DNA of 64,000 bases from Octopus bimaculoides (GCF_001194135.2 NC_068984.1:292439-356438); one strand, 5' to 3'; counted from the first letter of the stretch, positions 1 through 13,130 are shown. The notes: generated by a model not told the origin, from the letters alone. Numbers and translations are program-made.

Positions 1-55
1 TTCACCCTAGTTTTGTAGACCTAAAATATTTGTTGGTTTTTCTTTTTCTGTTTAG

Positions 56-197
56 ATTTGCAAACGTCGACTCAAGTTGATGAACAATGCTACTAAAAGT
101 CCTTCCAGCCATAAAACGCCACAGAAACCATTTAAACATTTAGCTTTGTTACCATTAAACTCTATAAAAGCTGTGTTGGACATGAAAGAAACAGACA
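56..197 (+). CDS. ECT2: ECT2/pebble RhoGEF internal exon (PH domain): ICKRRLKLMNNATKSPSSHKTPQKPFKHLALLPLNSIKAVLDMKETD
   Basis: Polypyrimidine tract and TTTAG acceptor at 51-55, GTAAGT donor at 198. Open frame, phase 0 to 1. Resembles human ECT2 IARKRHKVIG...LKHIHLMPLSQIKKVLDIRETED (from memory, no search run). Confidence 0.9.
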
Positions 198-485
198 GTA
201 AGTACCAATTGTCAAGATATACAGTCTTCTTTTGCCTTCTGTTTCTGTAGAATTTGCAGCTCTGGATTTAGTAGTTTTCAGGTTCTGCTAGGTAGGGGAC
301 CATTTCATGAAATTTAATCTTTTATCTTGTGTCACTCATTGGACTGCTGCCATGGTGGGACACTGCCTTAAAGGATTGTAGTTAAAGAGATCCACCCCTG
401 CAATTTTAAAGCCTGGCACTTTTTCTATTAGTCTTTTGCAGGACTGATAAGTTACGAGGATGTAAACAAACCAATGCTGGTTGTC

Positions 486-902
486 ATTAGATATATTAAA
501 TATAACAGTTTGGGTATGAAATACAAAATATGTCTATATGGATACCTGAAAAACAAGAGAAAGTAAAAGGTGGAGACTTTCAGATGATGAGTTTTTAAGT
601 ATAAATATATATTTATATTAATAGATCCAACTTACACAAATGACAGAGAAAAATTAAAGGGAAAGATGAAAGGTGTTAGGGTTAGGGCAACTCCCAGAAA
701 CAGCTGTCAGACTCATCACACCTTTCATCTTTCCCTTTAATTTTTCTCTGTCATTTGTGTAAGTTGGATCTATTAATATAAATATATATTTANNNNNNNN
801 NNTGAAAGTCTCCACCTTTTACTTTCTCTCGTTTTTCAGGTAAATATATATATAACATATTTTGTATTTCATACCCAAACTATTATATTTGATATATCTA
901 AT
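486..902. repeat. Foldback (long inverted repeat): arms of about 190 bp around a 41-bp loop
   Basis: 486-676 is the reverse complement of 718-902, with a near-perfect inner ~80 bp and a small N-gap in the right arm. Loop contains TTAGGGTTAGGG and GAAACAGCTGTC. Confidence 0.9.
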
Positions 903-1031
903 TTGTTTATCTGCATAACTGCCTCCATATCTGCTCAACTTGATCCCTTATAAAGATATCAAAGTCTCAGTTTGAATTCTTTGAGCACTACTAAATGTCT
1001 TTTATGCTGAGAATCTCTGGATCTCATCTGT

Positions 1032-1074
<43 letters not shown>

Positions 1075-1350
1075 TGCCATGTTTAAAGCACCCAGTACAC
1101 TCTGTAAAATGGTTGGCGTTAGGAAGGGCATCAAACTGTAGAAACCATGCCAAAACAGACAGCTTCATTAGGTTGAAGTCACTGTTATCAGATTGTCAGG
1201 TGTGTTCTTTTTGTATTTTTAACTTGGCCTTGTAAACTCTAAATTATTTTATAGTTGGACTGAATATGTGCTTATGTACAGAATTAATTTATCAATTGAT
1301 ATAAATTTGGTTGTTGTTTAAAGTATTAAGTTGTATTTTCTTTGTCATAG

Positions 1351-1496
1351 CTTGTCAAAATGCCTTTGGTCTCACCTGTAACAATGGAGACAAAGATGAA
1401 TGGTATGCTTTTAAAATGGACTGTGATATTCCAAAGAGTGAATTTCAGATGCTTCTTTGTCGGTCGATTGCTGATACCTTATGCCGTACAGACTAT
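1351..1496 (+). CDS. ECT2: ECT2 exon (PH domain end): (T)CQNAFGLTCNNGDKDEWYAFKMDCDIPKSEFQMLLCRSIADTLCRTDY
   Basis: TTTGTCATAG acceptor and GTAAGT donor at 1497. Phase 1 to 0, joining exon 56-197. Resembles human DCHNAFALL...WLKMLCRHVANTICKADA. Confidence 0.92.
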
Positions 1497-1904
1497 GTAA
1501 GTGAAATTATCCAATTTCGTCTCAATCTATAAAACCAGATTTGCAGTAAGAGAATACTATTAACTTGATGTTATCTTTTTTTCATAAGACATACTTTGAA
1601 TGGAATGTTTGAAATGGAGTTCTTGAATAATATCATCTACATTTACAACAGATTGAGAGTGAATCAAAAGTTTAAATCTTTTGCAAAACTCAGGAATCTA
1701 TAAGACTGGGAAATAAATCCAGCTTTTGTACAAGAGATAAATCTTCCTGGTGAGGAGGCTAGTCTATCAGAGAGAATTCCCCAGAATATTTGCTAATTCT
1801 TAGTTCTCACAATTTGGTAAATTTAGATTGTCTAAGAACGATGTGTATTCACTATGGCATAATATATCTCTGGCTGATTTGAATTGATTGACTGTGTAAT
1901 ATCA

Positions 1905-2140
1905 TCATCATCATCATCATCATCATCATTTTAATGTCCATTCTCTCATGCTTGCTTAGGTTGGACCAAGTTTATTCAGACAACTTCTCTATGGCTGATG
2001 CTATTCCGATTGCCAATCCACACCTATTCCCAGTATTTTCCTCATGGCCAGGCATGTTTTGCACAGAATATATCAGAAATGAATGGCACTGCTTGTCTGA
2101 CAGGACACTCATTTGCAACAATCACATGATGTTAAGTCAA
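1905..2140 (-). mobile_element. RTE-type LINE 3' end fragment with (CAT)n/(GAT)n tail
   Basis: (CAT)n followed by TTTAATGTCC...GATGCTATTCCGATTGCCAATCC. A related copy lies at about 30350-30590. Confidence 0.6.
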
Positions 2141-2459
2141 GGGGAGAGAGACACCCCCCCACACACACACACTCTCTCCCCCTATCTGGAGCTTGGTGTA
2201 GCCCTGTGACTTGCTGGGTCCTGTCAAACCATCCAATCCATGTCAGCATGGAAAATAGATGTTAAATGATGATGATATGCTGGGTGTGTCCCAGTGTCCA
2301 TGTCTAGGGGTTTCATTGTTATAACACTGACACACAAACTGTAGCTGGTAATATTGATAAAATAAATTTGTAAATGTTCTGAAATAGAATAAGAAGTGCT
2401 AAAAGTGGTGTGGGTTATGTTTGAAACTTGCAAGAATAGTTTGGAATTGAAAGGTTTCA

Positions 2460-2760
2460 AAGTGCAACATGGTAAAGTCCTAGAACCATCGCAGAGGGAT
2501 GTGGGACTTGCTTAACATTTTGGAAAGACTTCATTGTTGTGCTTTCGTCATCATTAGTGAAGAGTGTGATCTCTGGTAGCCTGACAAGGGATGAGGATAG
2601 TGTGAGATTATAGAGAAATACATCTAGAAACTGCTTAGATGACCTGTTAAATAAAGTCAATGGTTTCTGCTAATGGGGTGGCCTAATTAGGACTAGAGAT
2701 GGTTGAGGTGGAAGTGGGATATCAAGAAAAAGAAAGAGGTAAAAGAAGTTCAAATAAAGC
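2460..2760 (+). mobile_element. Degenerate RTE ORF C-terminal fragment
   Basis: Decayed similarity to the MLHGSETW...LRWMCNVSV...LRWYGHV region of the RTE copy at 18494-18900. Confidence 0.45.
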
Positions 2761-2947
2761 ATTTACAGCTGTTTCCTGGGAAGTGTGAAGCTGATGGTCT
2801 GTGTTTACAGAATGGGGGAGAACATGTAAGGTCAGGGATGCTACAGAGAAGAGAGAGAGAGAGAGAGAGAGATAGAGATTGGTTGGGGAAACCTTGCAGA
2901 GCTGATAGAGTGGTTGAGTATTTAGTTCCTTGTTTCATGTACACTGG

Positions 2948-3200
2948 TGTGAAGGCACATGGCCTCGTGGTTAGGATATTGCACTCATGATTGCAAGATT
3001 AGGGTTCTTATTTCCAAATCAGGCAGTACATTGTGTTCTTGGGCAAACCATTTCAATTCATATTGCCCCAGTCCACTCAGCTGTAAATGAGTAACCTTGT
3101 GATGGACTGGCTTCCCATCCAGGGGGAATAATGTTGTGTTCTCAGTCATTTACATGCCATGGAGGTTGGGTAATTGGCTGTTATGAGTCCTGCATCTTGA
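2948..3200 (+). mobile_element. tRNA-derived SINE with V-like central domain
   Basis: Degenerate A/B boxes (TGGCCTCGTGG; GGGTTCTTATTTCC) followed by CAGTCCACTCAGCTGTAAATGAGTA and GATGGACTGGCTTCCCATCCAGGGG. A minus-strand head lies at about 34940-35040. Confidence 0.55.
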
Positions 3201-4528
3201 GACAGTAATGTGCAGGGGTTGATAATGATGTAGACAGGTGAGACAAGTGATATGAAGGTAGAATGAATCTTAGTTGAAAGTGCTGGATGTTGATTGTGCC
3301 AAAGAAAGACAGGAAGAAATGGTGAAATCTTGGGATGCTAAACCTTACAGATTAAACTGGCACACAAAAAGGAGTGGCACTGTGCCATAGTGGGGTTGAT
3401 ATTGAAGTTGTTTTTTTTTTTTTTGTGGTCTTTCTCTTGAGATAAAACCTGAAAGGTTTATGTAAAGGTTTACTAAGTCTATTGGAAGGAATGCAAACCA
3501 TTATAATTCTGGGGAGGACAAATATAATTCTTCTTGTTTGTCTCTGGTCATTAATCATGTGATCTAGTTAGAGGTAATTATTGTAAGATGTAGTTGGATG
3601 GGTATGCAAATATCTATATTTGAAAACACATTTGAACCAAAGGAACATGATAGAAAAACTGATGTAAGAAAAAAATTGATAAAATCTTGCTCTTGTTTTC
3701 TCAATATTGAATTATAATTTTACTATTTATTTAGTTGGATATTTACTTAAATTTTTATTTGGTTTATTAATTATTCAAAGAAGAAAAAGGAAAAAAAAAA
3801 AAAGAATAAACTTGTGTTTCTTAATCTGAATTGAAGTTTTAAATCTAATCCATTGCTAAGCATTCCCAGGTTTGTCTTTTACTAGTTTCTCCTCAAAGAA
3901 AATCTTTACTTTTCTATTGTAAATCATAAACAACCATTCTATAGGTTCCATTATAAACTGTTATTGTTTCAAGTTCTCCACTTGTTTCAATAATTTTTCT
4001 ACAAATAAAAGACATATACACAAATAAAAGACATATACACCACAACTGTTTAGTTTCTCATGGAATACTTTACACATTTTATTTACCTCATATTTGTTAT
4101 GTCTTACAATTGAGCAGATCTAGATCAAAGGTATTCTATCCATGATCATCTAAACAATACGTTTAGACGTAGTGTGTCTCGTGCCACAACATGCAATGTG
4201 CCATCCTCCTTTTTAATACCAACAGGTGGTCATATGAGGGAGATTTGATTGTTATTTCATGCAGCTTGACTGGCCATGTTAAGTAAGGCTCCCTCGTTGC
4301 CTTGTTTTGTGTTGTGGAATGGCAGAAACCATAGTGTAGTTGATAATTTAATCTAGAAATATATGGTTTAATTTCTAATCCCATTGGGGATTGGTCATGT
4401 CTTTCATCACTCTGAAGCCTATAAAATCATTAGCAACCCCCTGTAAACCCCCACCTCACCCCCAATTTCCTAAATTTGTGATGTTGATATTGCATCATTG
4501 TGATAAATTGTTTGTTTGTTTTTTTCAG

Positions 4529-4605
4529 GAGAAATTTTTCATCACTGTTGATGGTCAGACATTAAGTGTTGACACAAGAGACTTGACACGGAGTAGAGCT
4601 TTACG
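4529..4605 (+). CDS. ECT2: ECT2 exon: EKFFITVDGQTLSVDTRDLTRSRAL(R)
   Basis: TTTTTTCAG acceptor and GTACAG donor at 4606. Phase 0 to 2, fitting both neighbours. Resembles human ENLIYTADPESFEVNTKDMDSTLSRASR. Confidence 0.85.
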
Positions 4606-7047
4606 GTACAGCACCATTTTTGAATTAATTTCTTGAGTTTTTTCCTCCTCAGTTTTTGGCTCACTCCACCTCATCTCTCAGCTCTCACTTCACAGCAACA
4701 AATTCATCCAATTTTCCCTGATTTTCAGCTGAGTATTTCACACTCAGTATCGTCAGTACCATTTAATGTCTTTCTTTGCTGGTATGGGTTTGATCATTTG
4801 ACAGGATCCAATGAACGAGAGGACTGCATGAAGCCTAGTGCCTGTTTTGGCATGGTTTCTATGCCTAAGACCAACAACAGTACAATGTGTACTGCATGTT
4901 CTTTTTCATGGCATTGGTATTAGTGAAGTCAGCAAGACAAAAGACGAGAGAGGTGGTTTTATGCCAGGTGTTGAGAGGGACAGGAGCAAGTCTTTTGCGA
5001 TAGAGCTGATACATGGCTACCCTGCATTATATAAGGTTGGGTGGGAGCAACATGTGTATCTTTGGTAAAAGTTGGATGAATCTCAGAGGATATAGAAACA
5101 GTTAACAATCCTCGAACTGCACTCTTAAAATCTTGCACTAAGAATAAGAGCAAGGTAAAATTACTACCTGCTTTTATAGCCAAGTTGATGCAAGTAGTTT
5201 ATCCCATCCCACTCCGACTTTTAGTTCATGCAGTTGAAAAAAACCCCACATCATTTATGAGATGATCCAATATAAGGAAGTAAGATCTTGAATCAATATT
5301 ATCTGGTTCTTGTAGATTATATGGTGCCAGGCTATTGCAGTCACGGCTAGTTTGACTATTCTACCCACACCAGATGTCTGATTTCTGGGTGTTGTCGGCT
5401 TCTGTTTGTGTTGCTGTAGATTCCCTTGTTAGAACCATTTTGAAGTAATGGATAAATAAAAAGCATAAATATGTAGATGTATAAAAAATAAATAAAAAAG
5501 AAGTTTTGTTTGTCTGTTGTGATGTCCATGTGCAACTCTCCTTCATCTTACCCAACCCTAACCCAACCAAACTACTTTCCATTCGTCATTCTGTCACTTG
5601 CACCTTCACACACCTTCACTTCCGTCCTCTTTCTTTTCAACCTGAGCTAACCACGTATCTCCCTTACAACAACACATCTGTTCCTGACCCGTTATCAGAC
5701 TCTTTAACCTCTCATCGCCTGGCATTAAACCACCTCCCTCAATACTACTGCCCCTCCCCCACCTCGGTTAGAGGAGTGGGTCTTGTCTTGTGAGATACTT
5801 GATAATCTCCCTAGTACTGGTACCATGTAAAAAGCACCCAGTACACTCTGATGTGGTTGGTGTTAGGAAGAGCAGCCAACCATGGAAACCATGTCAAAGC
5901 AGATAGTCGAGCTTGCCAGCTGCTGCCGACCCGTCCAACCCATGCCAGCATGGCAGACAGGCGCTAAATGATGATGATAATCATGACACTTGTGTGCGTG
6001 TGTGTGTGTGTGTGCGCACACACACACACGCATGTGTGATATATATTTGTGTGTGTGTATACACACACACACATACATCTATACATGCACATAGACTTTT
6101 ACAAAGAAAAGGTTGACACTGGCTTTGAAGTGGGTTTGCTCACTTTCTTCCGTGTTGAGCAAGTTAAAATTTCAAAGTCACTGCCAACTTCTTTCTTGTA
6201 AAAGTTTAAACATCTACTCTACTAAAAAACTATTAGGTTTTCAATTTAATGTTAAATTGTCTTTTTGTATATAACCTGACATAAAGACAAGCACAAACAT
6301 GTGTATATACATATACATATATATATATATATATAAACACACACACACACACATATAATGAGACATGGTTCTATAACCTCTTGGATCTTGTCAAACCATC
6401 TNNNNNNNNNNCCATGCTAGCATGGAAAGCGGACGTTAAACGATGATGATGATGATGATGATATATATATATTTGTGTGTGTGTGTGTGTAATGATGAGT
6501 GTTTCCATATATGTATGAATATGAAGGCAAAAATGAATATATAGATGTGTAGCTGTATTCACTCATCTCAAGATGTATTTGTGTAGAAACCATTTCCTTT
6601 TCTACAATACCATTTATACATTCAAAATCTGAAGTTTGTCTTCATTTCAAATGTATTTATGCTTTAACAGCTCAAGTCACAATGACTGACTGATAGAAAT
6701 GCTATCAGTTGAAACACTACCAAAGGCATTATACTGCATTAATAAGTAATTTGCATATCATTTTACCTGTTTGCAGCTATTTAACTTGTAAATTAGCATC
6801 TCACCTGTCCACGGTTGGTTTATTGTTGTTATCATAGTAGGGAAGAAAGTGACCTGGGGATGGTTGTGTGCAGGTTGATAGAACACAAAACTAAATCAGA
6901 CACACTTTTACTTGGTTTTTATGCATATTTATAGAACTTGCTCAAGCAATTAAATCCTTTCATTATTATAAAGAAGATTGCATATGTTTTTTGTTTGCCT
7001 TTTTGTTGCTCATTAATAAACACGAATATATTTCTATTTCTTTCCAG

Positions 7048-7234
7048 AATCCGTAAAAAAGTTGGTCGTGCCTTTTCTTTTAGCAAAACGCCAGCTCAGT
7101 TGAAAAGGGCCGTGTCGAGTGTAGCAAATGGTTTGAGTCCTTTTATGAAGGAGGGTCTTGGAGCATCTGTGGGCACTCTGGGTCGCAGCTATGGTTACTC
7201 TGCACATCGACCGAACAGTACACTAAGTTTGAAT
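7048..7234 (+). CDS. ECT2: ECT2 exon, C-terminal polybasic region: IRKKVGRAFSFSKTPAQLKRAVSSVANGLSPFMKEG...NSTLSLN
   Basis: TTTCCAG acceptor and GTAAGC donor at 7235. Phase 2 to 0. Contains the diagnostic KKV.RAFSFSKTP motif of ECT2, including the conserved TP CDK1-type site. Confidence 0.93.
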
Positions 7235-7429
7235 GTAAGCTTTAACTATCTACTTCCTCCTTCAATGTATATGAACATGTGTGCTTGAGAAGCTTTCTTC
7301 TCAAGCATGTTGTCCCAGGCCAACCAAAGCCTTGTGAGTGGATTTGGTAGACATTGAAAAGAAGCTTGTCATGTGTATGTATGAATATGTATATATGTGT
7401 GTGTGTGTTGGCACCCATGCCAACGTCTC

Positions 7430-7835
7430 TTTCATTGAACACTAAACTTGGCTTGTGAAGACCTGTTGGGGCAAGCAAAAGCGAAATCGTGATGGCACCT
7501 GTACCAGTGGAGCACTAAGAGCACCGTCCAAGCGTGATCGTTGCCATAGCACCATTTGAGTGTGATCGTTACCAATGTCGCCTTCCTGGCACTTGTGCCA
7601 GTGGCACGTGAAAAGATATTCGAGCTAGATCGTTGCCAGTGCTGCTGGACTGGCTCCTGTGCAGGTGGCACATAAAATACACCATTTCGAGTGAGACTGT
7701 TGCCAGTACCGCCTGACTGGCCTTCGTGCCAGTGGCACGTAAAAGCACCCACTACACTCTCAGAGTGGTTGGCGTTAGGAAGGGAATCCAGCTGTAGAAA
7801 CTCTGCCAAATCAGATTGGGGCCTGGTGCAGCCAC
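7430..7835 (+). mobile_element. RTE LINE 3'UTR fragment with modular internal repeats
   Basis: Reverse complement of 18000-18400. Repeated GATCGTTGCCAG...TGGCACGTAAAA modules. Other copies at about 1075-1170, 5810-5985, 14770-14980, 17660-17800. Confidence 0.8.
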
Positions 7836-8320
7836 CTGGTTCATGTGTGTGTATGTGAGAAGGTATGTGTGTTTGTGTTTGGATAGGGGCCAGTGACTTT
7901 GCTGTGTGCGTGTGTGTGGGTGTGCAGATGATGGTGTGTGGTGTGGGTGCTGGGAAGTGGTCAGTGCTTGTGTGGAGTGGGGTGGAGGTGGGGTGTGTGG
8001 GTGGAGGGGGTATCGATGAAGAGAGGATGTAGGTGTCAGAGCAAGAGAGGAGGGGAGAGGTGGGTAGGAATAAAGAGAGGAAGTAGGTGTCAGATGAGGA
8101 GAGGAGGGGAGTTGAGTCCATGTGGTGCAAAGGAGCGAAGAGAGAAGATTAATTCCTGTTATATATATATGTATGTAGGTGCCTAGACATCATGTGATGG
8201 TTGTAAACAAACCTCACCATCATGCAAGCAGTGTTGTTCATTGACATTTTACATAAAAATTAAAACCACGTCTTCTTTCCTCATTGATTATGTAATTTTT
8301 CAAATTGTTTTCTTTTAAAG

Positions 8321-8413
8321 GAGATTGATTCTACTCTGAGTCACATCAGTGAAGTTCCTTTGGCTGTTGGAGACGACACAGATTCAATTAGTCTTGATGA
8401 TTACACTCTCACT
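8321..8413 (+). CDS. ECT2: Probable ECT2 exon (lineage-specific acidic tail): EIDSTLSHISEVPLAVGDDTDSISLDDYTLT
   Basis: TTTTCTTTTAAAG acceptor and GTAAGT donor at 8414. 93 nt open, phase 0 to 0, matching the preceding exon. No homology recognised. Confidence 0.75.
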
Positions 8414-8815
8414 GTAAGTATTTAGTCCTCTCTTCTGTGATTCACTTGGCTTCCCTCATCCACACAACAAGAAGCCACCAATCTATGGGAAAGTACAACT
8501 CATTGCTGTAAACAGGTCTCACCGTTGGGTAACTGATGAGTGTTTCTCCAACCTGCTTTCTTTAATCCTTTTAATATCAACCTGCCTGGGACTGCTGCTG
8601 GTTTAACATAAGTACGTCCTCTTTTAAAGCAATGTCAATTGACATCTTCCGTCAAAATTTCATGCTTATTTGTGTTCCAAACACCATATTAATAATGACA
8701 AAGTTATTTTAATAAATTCTTCATTATTTTCACAATTAAAATAAAAGCAGTGTAGCCCCTAGATCAACCAATACCTTGTGAGGGAATTTAGTAGATGGAA
8801 ACTGTGGAAGCCTGT

Positions 8816-8849
<34 letters not shown>

Positions 8850-11800
8850 ATGACCACCACTTGACAACTGGTGGTGGTTTATTTATGTTGCAATAAATTA
8901 GCAGTTCGGCAATAGAGATGGATACAATAAATACTAGACTTAAAAAAGAACAACTGGGGTTGATTTGTTTGACTAAAAATCCCTTCAAGGTGGTGCCCCA
9001 ACATGGCCACAGTTTAAGAAAAAATCGAATTTTTACAGCCAGATCATCAGATCTGGCTGTATAAAAAAGAAAGAAAAAGTCCCAACTTGTAGGCTGTTGA
9101 TCTTGAGATAACTTGTGATTCAGTTTTTCTTTCTATAAAATTGCTCATATCAAGGAAACACTACTGCTCCATGACCATCTCTCTTCATGAATGGCACTCA
9201 GCCGGGGTCTACGCGACCACTCCAAGTGCTGGGTTTCACTATCGTTTAGATTCTCTTCTTATGAAATCACATTGTTAGCACAGGTAGAGTTTCATCCTAA
9301 AGATTAAGCCTTCTCTTTAGAGCCAGAAGATAATTCAGTTACCGACAGCAGTTGACAACTCTACAGAACTCAAGAATGGCCCACAATAGAAGACTGTTTC
9401 CATTTCTGAGATGGAGCTGTTGTTACACACACACACACACACTGACATCTTGGACATCCCCCAGAGAAAGGTCACTCAGTTGAGTGGCACCACATCACCG
9501 AGGGACCATACTCTTGCCTCTGACCCACAGGCATCCTGTCACTTCCTCTGTTTTTCTCATCACCATCATTATTTAAGGTCTCTGTCTTCCCCACTGATAT
9601 GGAGTTGGGCAATTTTCTCAGTTGCTACTATAATGGTTTCTGTCCCTTGGAGCTGGTTGGTCTTGAACCTTCACTATTCAGGCATCTTAAACCACTCTTC
9701 ACCATTGTTGCACTCCCACGCCCTTTTCCTCACACTGTCCACTATGTCCAACCCTTCTTCCCCTGAGCATCTCTCCTTCTGGGATCTTCTTGTCGATGTC
9801 TTTCTTGCATGTGTTGACCTGAAGCAGCTTAATTTAAACATCAATTCACTCCAGTCTCAGAGGGACTGCAGCAGCCATGGGCTCTTTTCCTTCTTTTATA
9901 CTCAGCAAGTAAAAAAAAACAAACAAAAAAAAAAAACAGAATAAAAAGTTGTCATGGATATTTCATAAAAGAAGAATCATTTTTAGAATTGGTATTGGTA
10001 ACATTTGGCTAATACAGTTTTACTTCTAACTATTTGGAATAAACTTTTCGTTTTATAGCTGGTCATTTTTTAAAAAATAACACAGCAGTTGCTGCAAAAT
10101 TAATGGCAAGTTCCAAAAACACAAATTTTAAGCTCGCTCTCTCTCTCTCCACACACATATACATATATATATATATATTTAGTAAGTACAAAAAGAAAAT
10201 CTTGCAATTTTATTGTAGATAAGAGACATTTGTAATTCTGATGTCAACAGTAGTGAAAATCAAATTATAAATGAAACATTTATGTAAATAAATACAGCAA
10301 TTGAAGCTATGTTGTAAATATCATCAACTTTGCAGAACCCACACAAAAATTAGATGGAAATAAGTGTAAAACAAGATTTTTCAAAATATATTTTTCCCCT
10401 GCAGCATTCCCAGTGGTGAAAACATGCCATTGGCCATGTTATAAGGGAATGGAAAACCTGTAGAAATTGCTAGAAACAGGCTAAATGCTATGAGTCCCCA
10501 CAAGTAGCACGTGCCAGGTAAACTTAGAGATTGTTTCTCAACCACAGCTCATGGTTAATTTATATTTGTCACAAGTAAATATTTAGTTTTTATTTTCTCA
10601 CTGTTAACTTGATTTCAATTGGTTGTTTTCTTAGATCTATTCATATTTCATACTGCACACGTTTTTTTTAAAAGTACATTTCACTTTTTTTCCCTTTTTA
10701 TTTTGTTGCTAAAAATGTCATATTTTATTGGAAAATTCGATATTCTCAAGTGGACCACATTATTTTACATCATCTGAAATATCATTCCTTTCATATTTCC
10801 TCACAGAAGGTTCTTCTTTAGGAATGTCTTTGACTATGGAGATGTGTCCATTAGCCTTTACGTGTTTCAGCCATTGGATTGCGACCATGCTGGAGCACTG
10901 CCTTGAAATAGTTGAATTGAACAAACTGACCCCTTTTGTTTCTTTTGCTGAACCACTAAGGGTCACATAAACAAACCAATACTGGTTGTCAAGGGGTGAT
11001 GAGGGACGACAGTTGCTCATGGTCACAGTTCACCTTTCTTCATCTAAACCCATGTCCACAACACTTCTAAGCTTCCATTGCCCCTCCTCCTCCTCCTCTT
11101 CTACCCCCTCCACTGCTCTGCTTATCACCCATTTCAAACACACCATTGCACCCACACACACCTACACTCCTTCCTATTCCATACATGCACACATTCCTCC
11201 TCCTCCTCCACCCACACCCGCATTCACACTTCCACCTCCGCACATACAGTAGTGAGCATCTAATCAAGCCAGACCTACCTTCCTTGTCACCCCACTTCCA
11301 CCTGACTTCTCCATCCAGGTTGACTCACCTACAACATGCAATGTATGTCAGATCTCCTCACATACACAAACACAAACACAGAGCATACACTCACACACAC
11401 TTTGTCCAACTGCCCCACACACATTCGCTCACCAGATGAAAACAGGGACAAGCATAAACACACACACATGTATGTCTGACTGCCTCTTACACTCACACAT
11501 CTAAAGAAGGGTAGAAGAACACACACATGCTACTTGCAGACTATGCACGCACACACACACGTCTGATAGCCTCATACACATATCTAATATAACTTCACAC
11601 ACATACTTCCACACATGCAACCACACAAATACACAGTACACATGCACACAACGCTTCACACACACACTGTCCCCCTGGAAGATACCTCTCCTAATACCGG
11701 ATTCCCTGCTGTCACTTCAATTCTGTTCCATATAAGGCGCTTCTCATATTTCCTGCTGCTCCATACATTTCCATGATTCTTGTTATCCAAGAGTGTAGAA

Positions 11801-11951
11801 GCATATCGTATGCTCTCTAACTATTATTATTATTAAATTCTGCCCTGTCATCCACCCGGGGGTCAATAAAGTACCAATCAAATACTGGGGTTGATGCGAT
11901 CAACTTACCCCTCTCCCCACAAACTTCAGGCCTTGTGCCTGTTGTAGAAAC

Positions 11952-11982
<31 letters not shown>

Positions 11983-12732
11983 GTAATATAATGTGGCAAG
12001 CTGGAAGAATTATGAAGATGTTGGGCAAAGTGCTCTGTGGCATTTCTTGTGGCTCTTTACATTCTTAGTTCAAATATTGTTGAAGCTATCTTTGTCTTTT
12101 GTCCTTTCAGAGATCGATAAAATTAAGGTGCTGGGGAACAATGTAATTGACTAAACTCCCTCCCATGCTGGTTTTTGTGCCAAAATTTGAAACCTTTATT
12201 ACCATTATTATTAAGGTGACAAACTGGCAGAAGCGTTAGAGCATCAGAGAAAATGCATTGTGCAATTTGTTCAAATCCTGCTGAGGTCATCCTTTAAGGA
12301 TTGATAAAATAAGTGCCAGTTGGGCACTGGGGGGGNNNNNNNNNNNNGGGGGGGGGGGGTCAATGTAATTGGTCAACTCTCTCGCACAGAACTTCATGCC
12401 TTGTGCCTTTAGTACGAAAGGATTGTTTTTGTTAATGAGCTACATCAGTGTCTTGCTTGATTAGGTTGTAATCTTGAGAGATTTTAGCAAAAATTTTACT
12501 TCACTTACAAAGGGCAGGAAATATTGCACTTCTCATTTGCAATGTGAAACTATTGTGTTTTATTAAGAAAATATGTCACCGGTTTTGATGGTTCAGTTTT
12601 AAAGAAAGACTTGCCTGAAATGTTAATGGAATCATTTTCTCCACACAGCCTTACACATAACCTTGTTGCTGCAGATTGACCCCTTGAACTGTGGGTATTG
12701 CTCTGTAAACGACAGGCTCCCTACCAGGAACA

Positions 12733-12890
12733 AGTGTGGCTGTGTGATAAGAAGTTTGTTTTCCAATCACATGGTTCTGGTTTCAGTCCCACTTCTTGGC
12801 CCCTGGACAAGTATCTTCTATCTTAGCCTTGGGTTGACCAAAGCCTTGTGAGTGGATTTGGTACATGGAAACTAGAAGAAGCCTATCATG

Positions 12891-12942
<52 letters not shown>

Positions 12943-13130
12943 TCCCCTATCACTACTTGACAACAGATGTTGGTTTGTTTACATCTCTGTAATTTAGTCA
13001 TTCAACAAAAAGCAATTATAGAGTAAGTTCTGGGCTTTATAAATAAAAAAGGTAAGTACTGGACTAGAAATTCTTCAATGCAGTGCCCCAGCATGGCCAT
13101 AGTCTTCTAATGATTGAAACAAGTAAAATA
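12733..13130 (+). mobile_element. tRNA-derived CORE-like SINE with internal (GT)n
   Basis: Head GTGTGGCTGTGTG...GGTTTCAGTCCC, then CCAAAGCCTTGTGAGTGGATTTGG, (GT)n and CCCCAGCATGGCC tail. Partial copies at about 330-485(-), 7265-7400(+), 8750-9030(+), 10850-10995(-), 15165-15560(+), 15790-15911(-), 30590-30745(-). Confidence 0.8.

Noticed and set aside
4001-4040. Short tandem duplications (19 bp at about 4001, 20 bp at about 53417, about 60 bp at 21660-21830, about 23 bp at 50383)
   Set aside because: Ordinary slippage duplications with no further structure.
7432-8130. 232-aa minus-strand ORF
   Set aside because: Composite of CT/CA-rich low-complexity DNA and the antisense RTE 3'UTR.
9411-9944. 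177-aa plus-strand ORF
   Set aside because: Starts in an (AC)n tract and has the low-complexity composition of the antisense strand of a decayed LINE-like fragment; no domain recognised.
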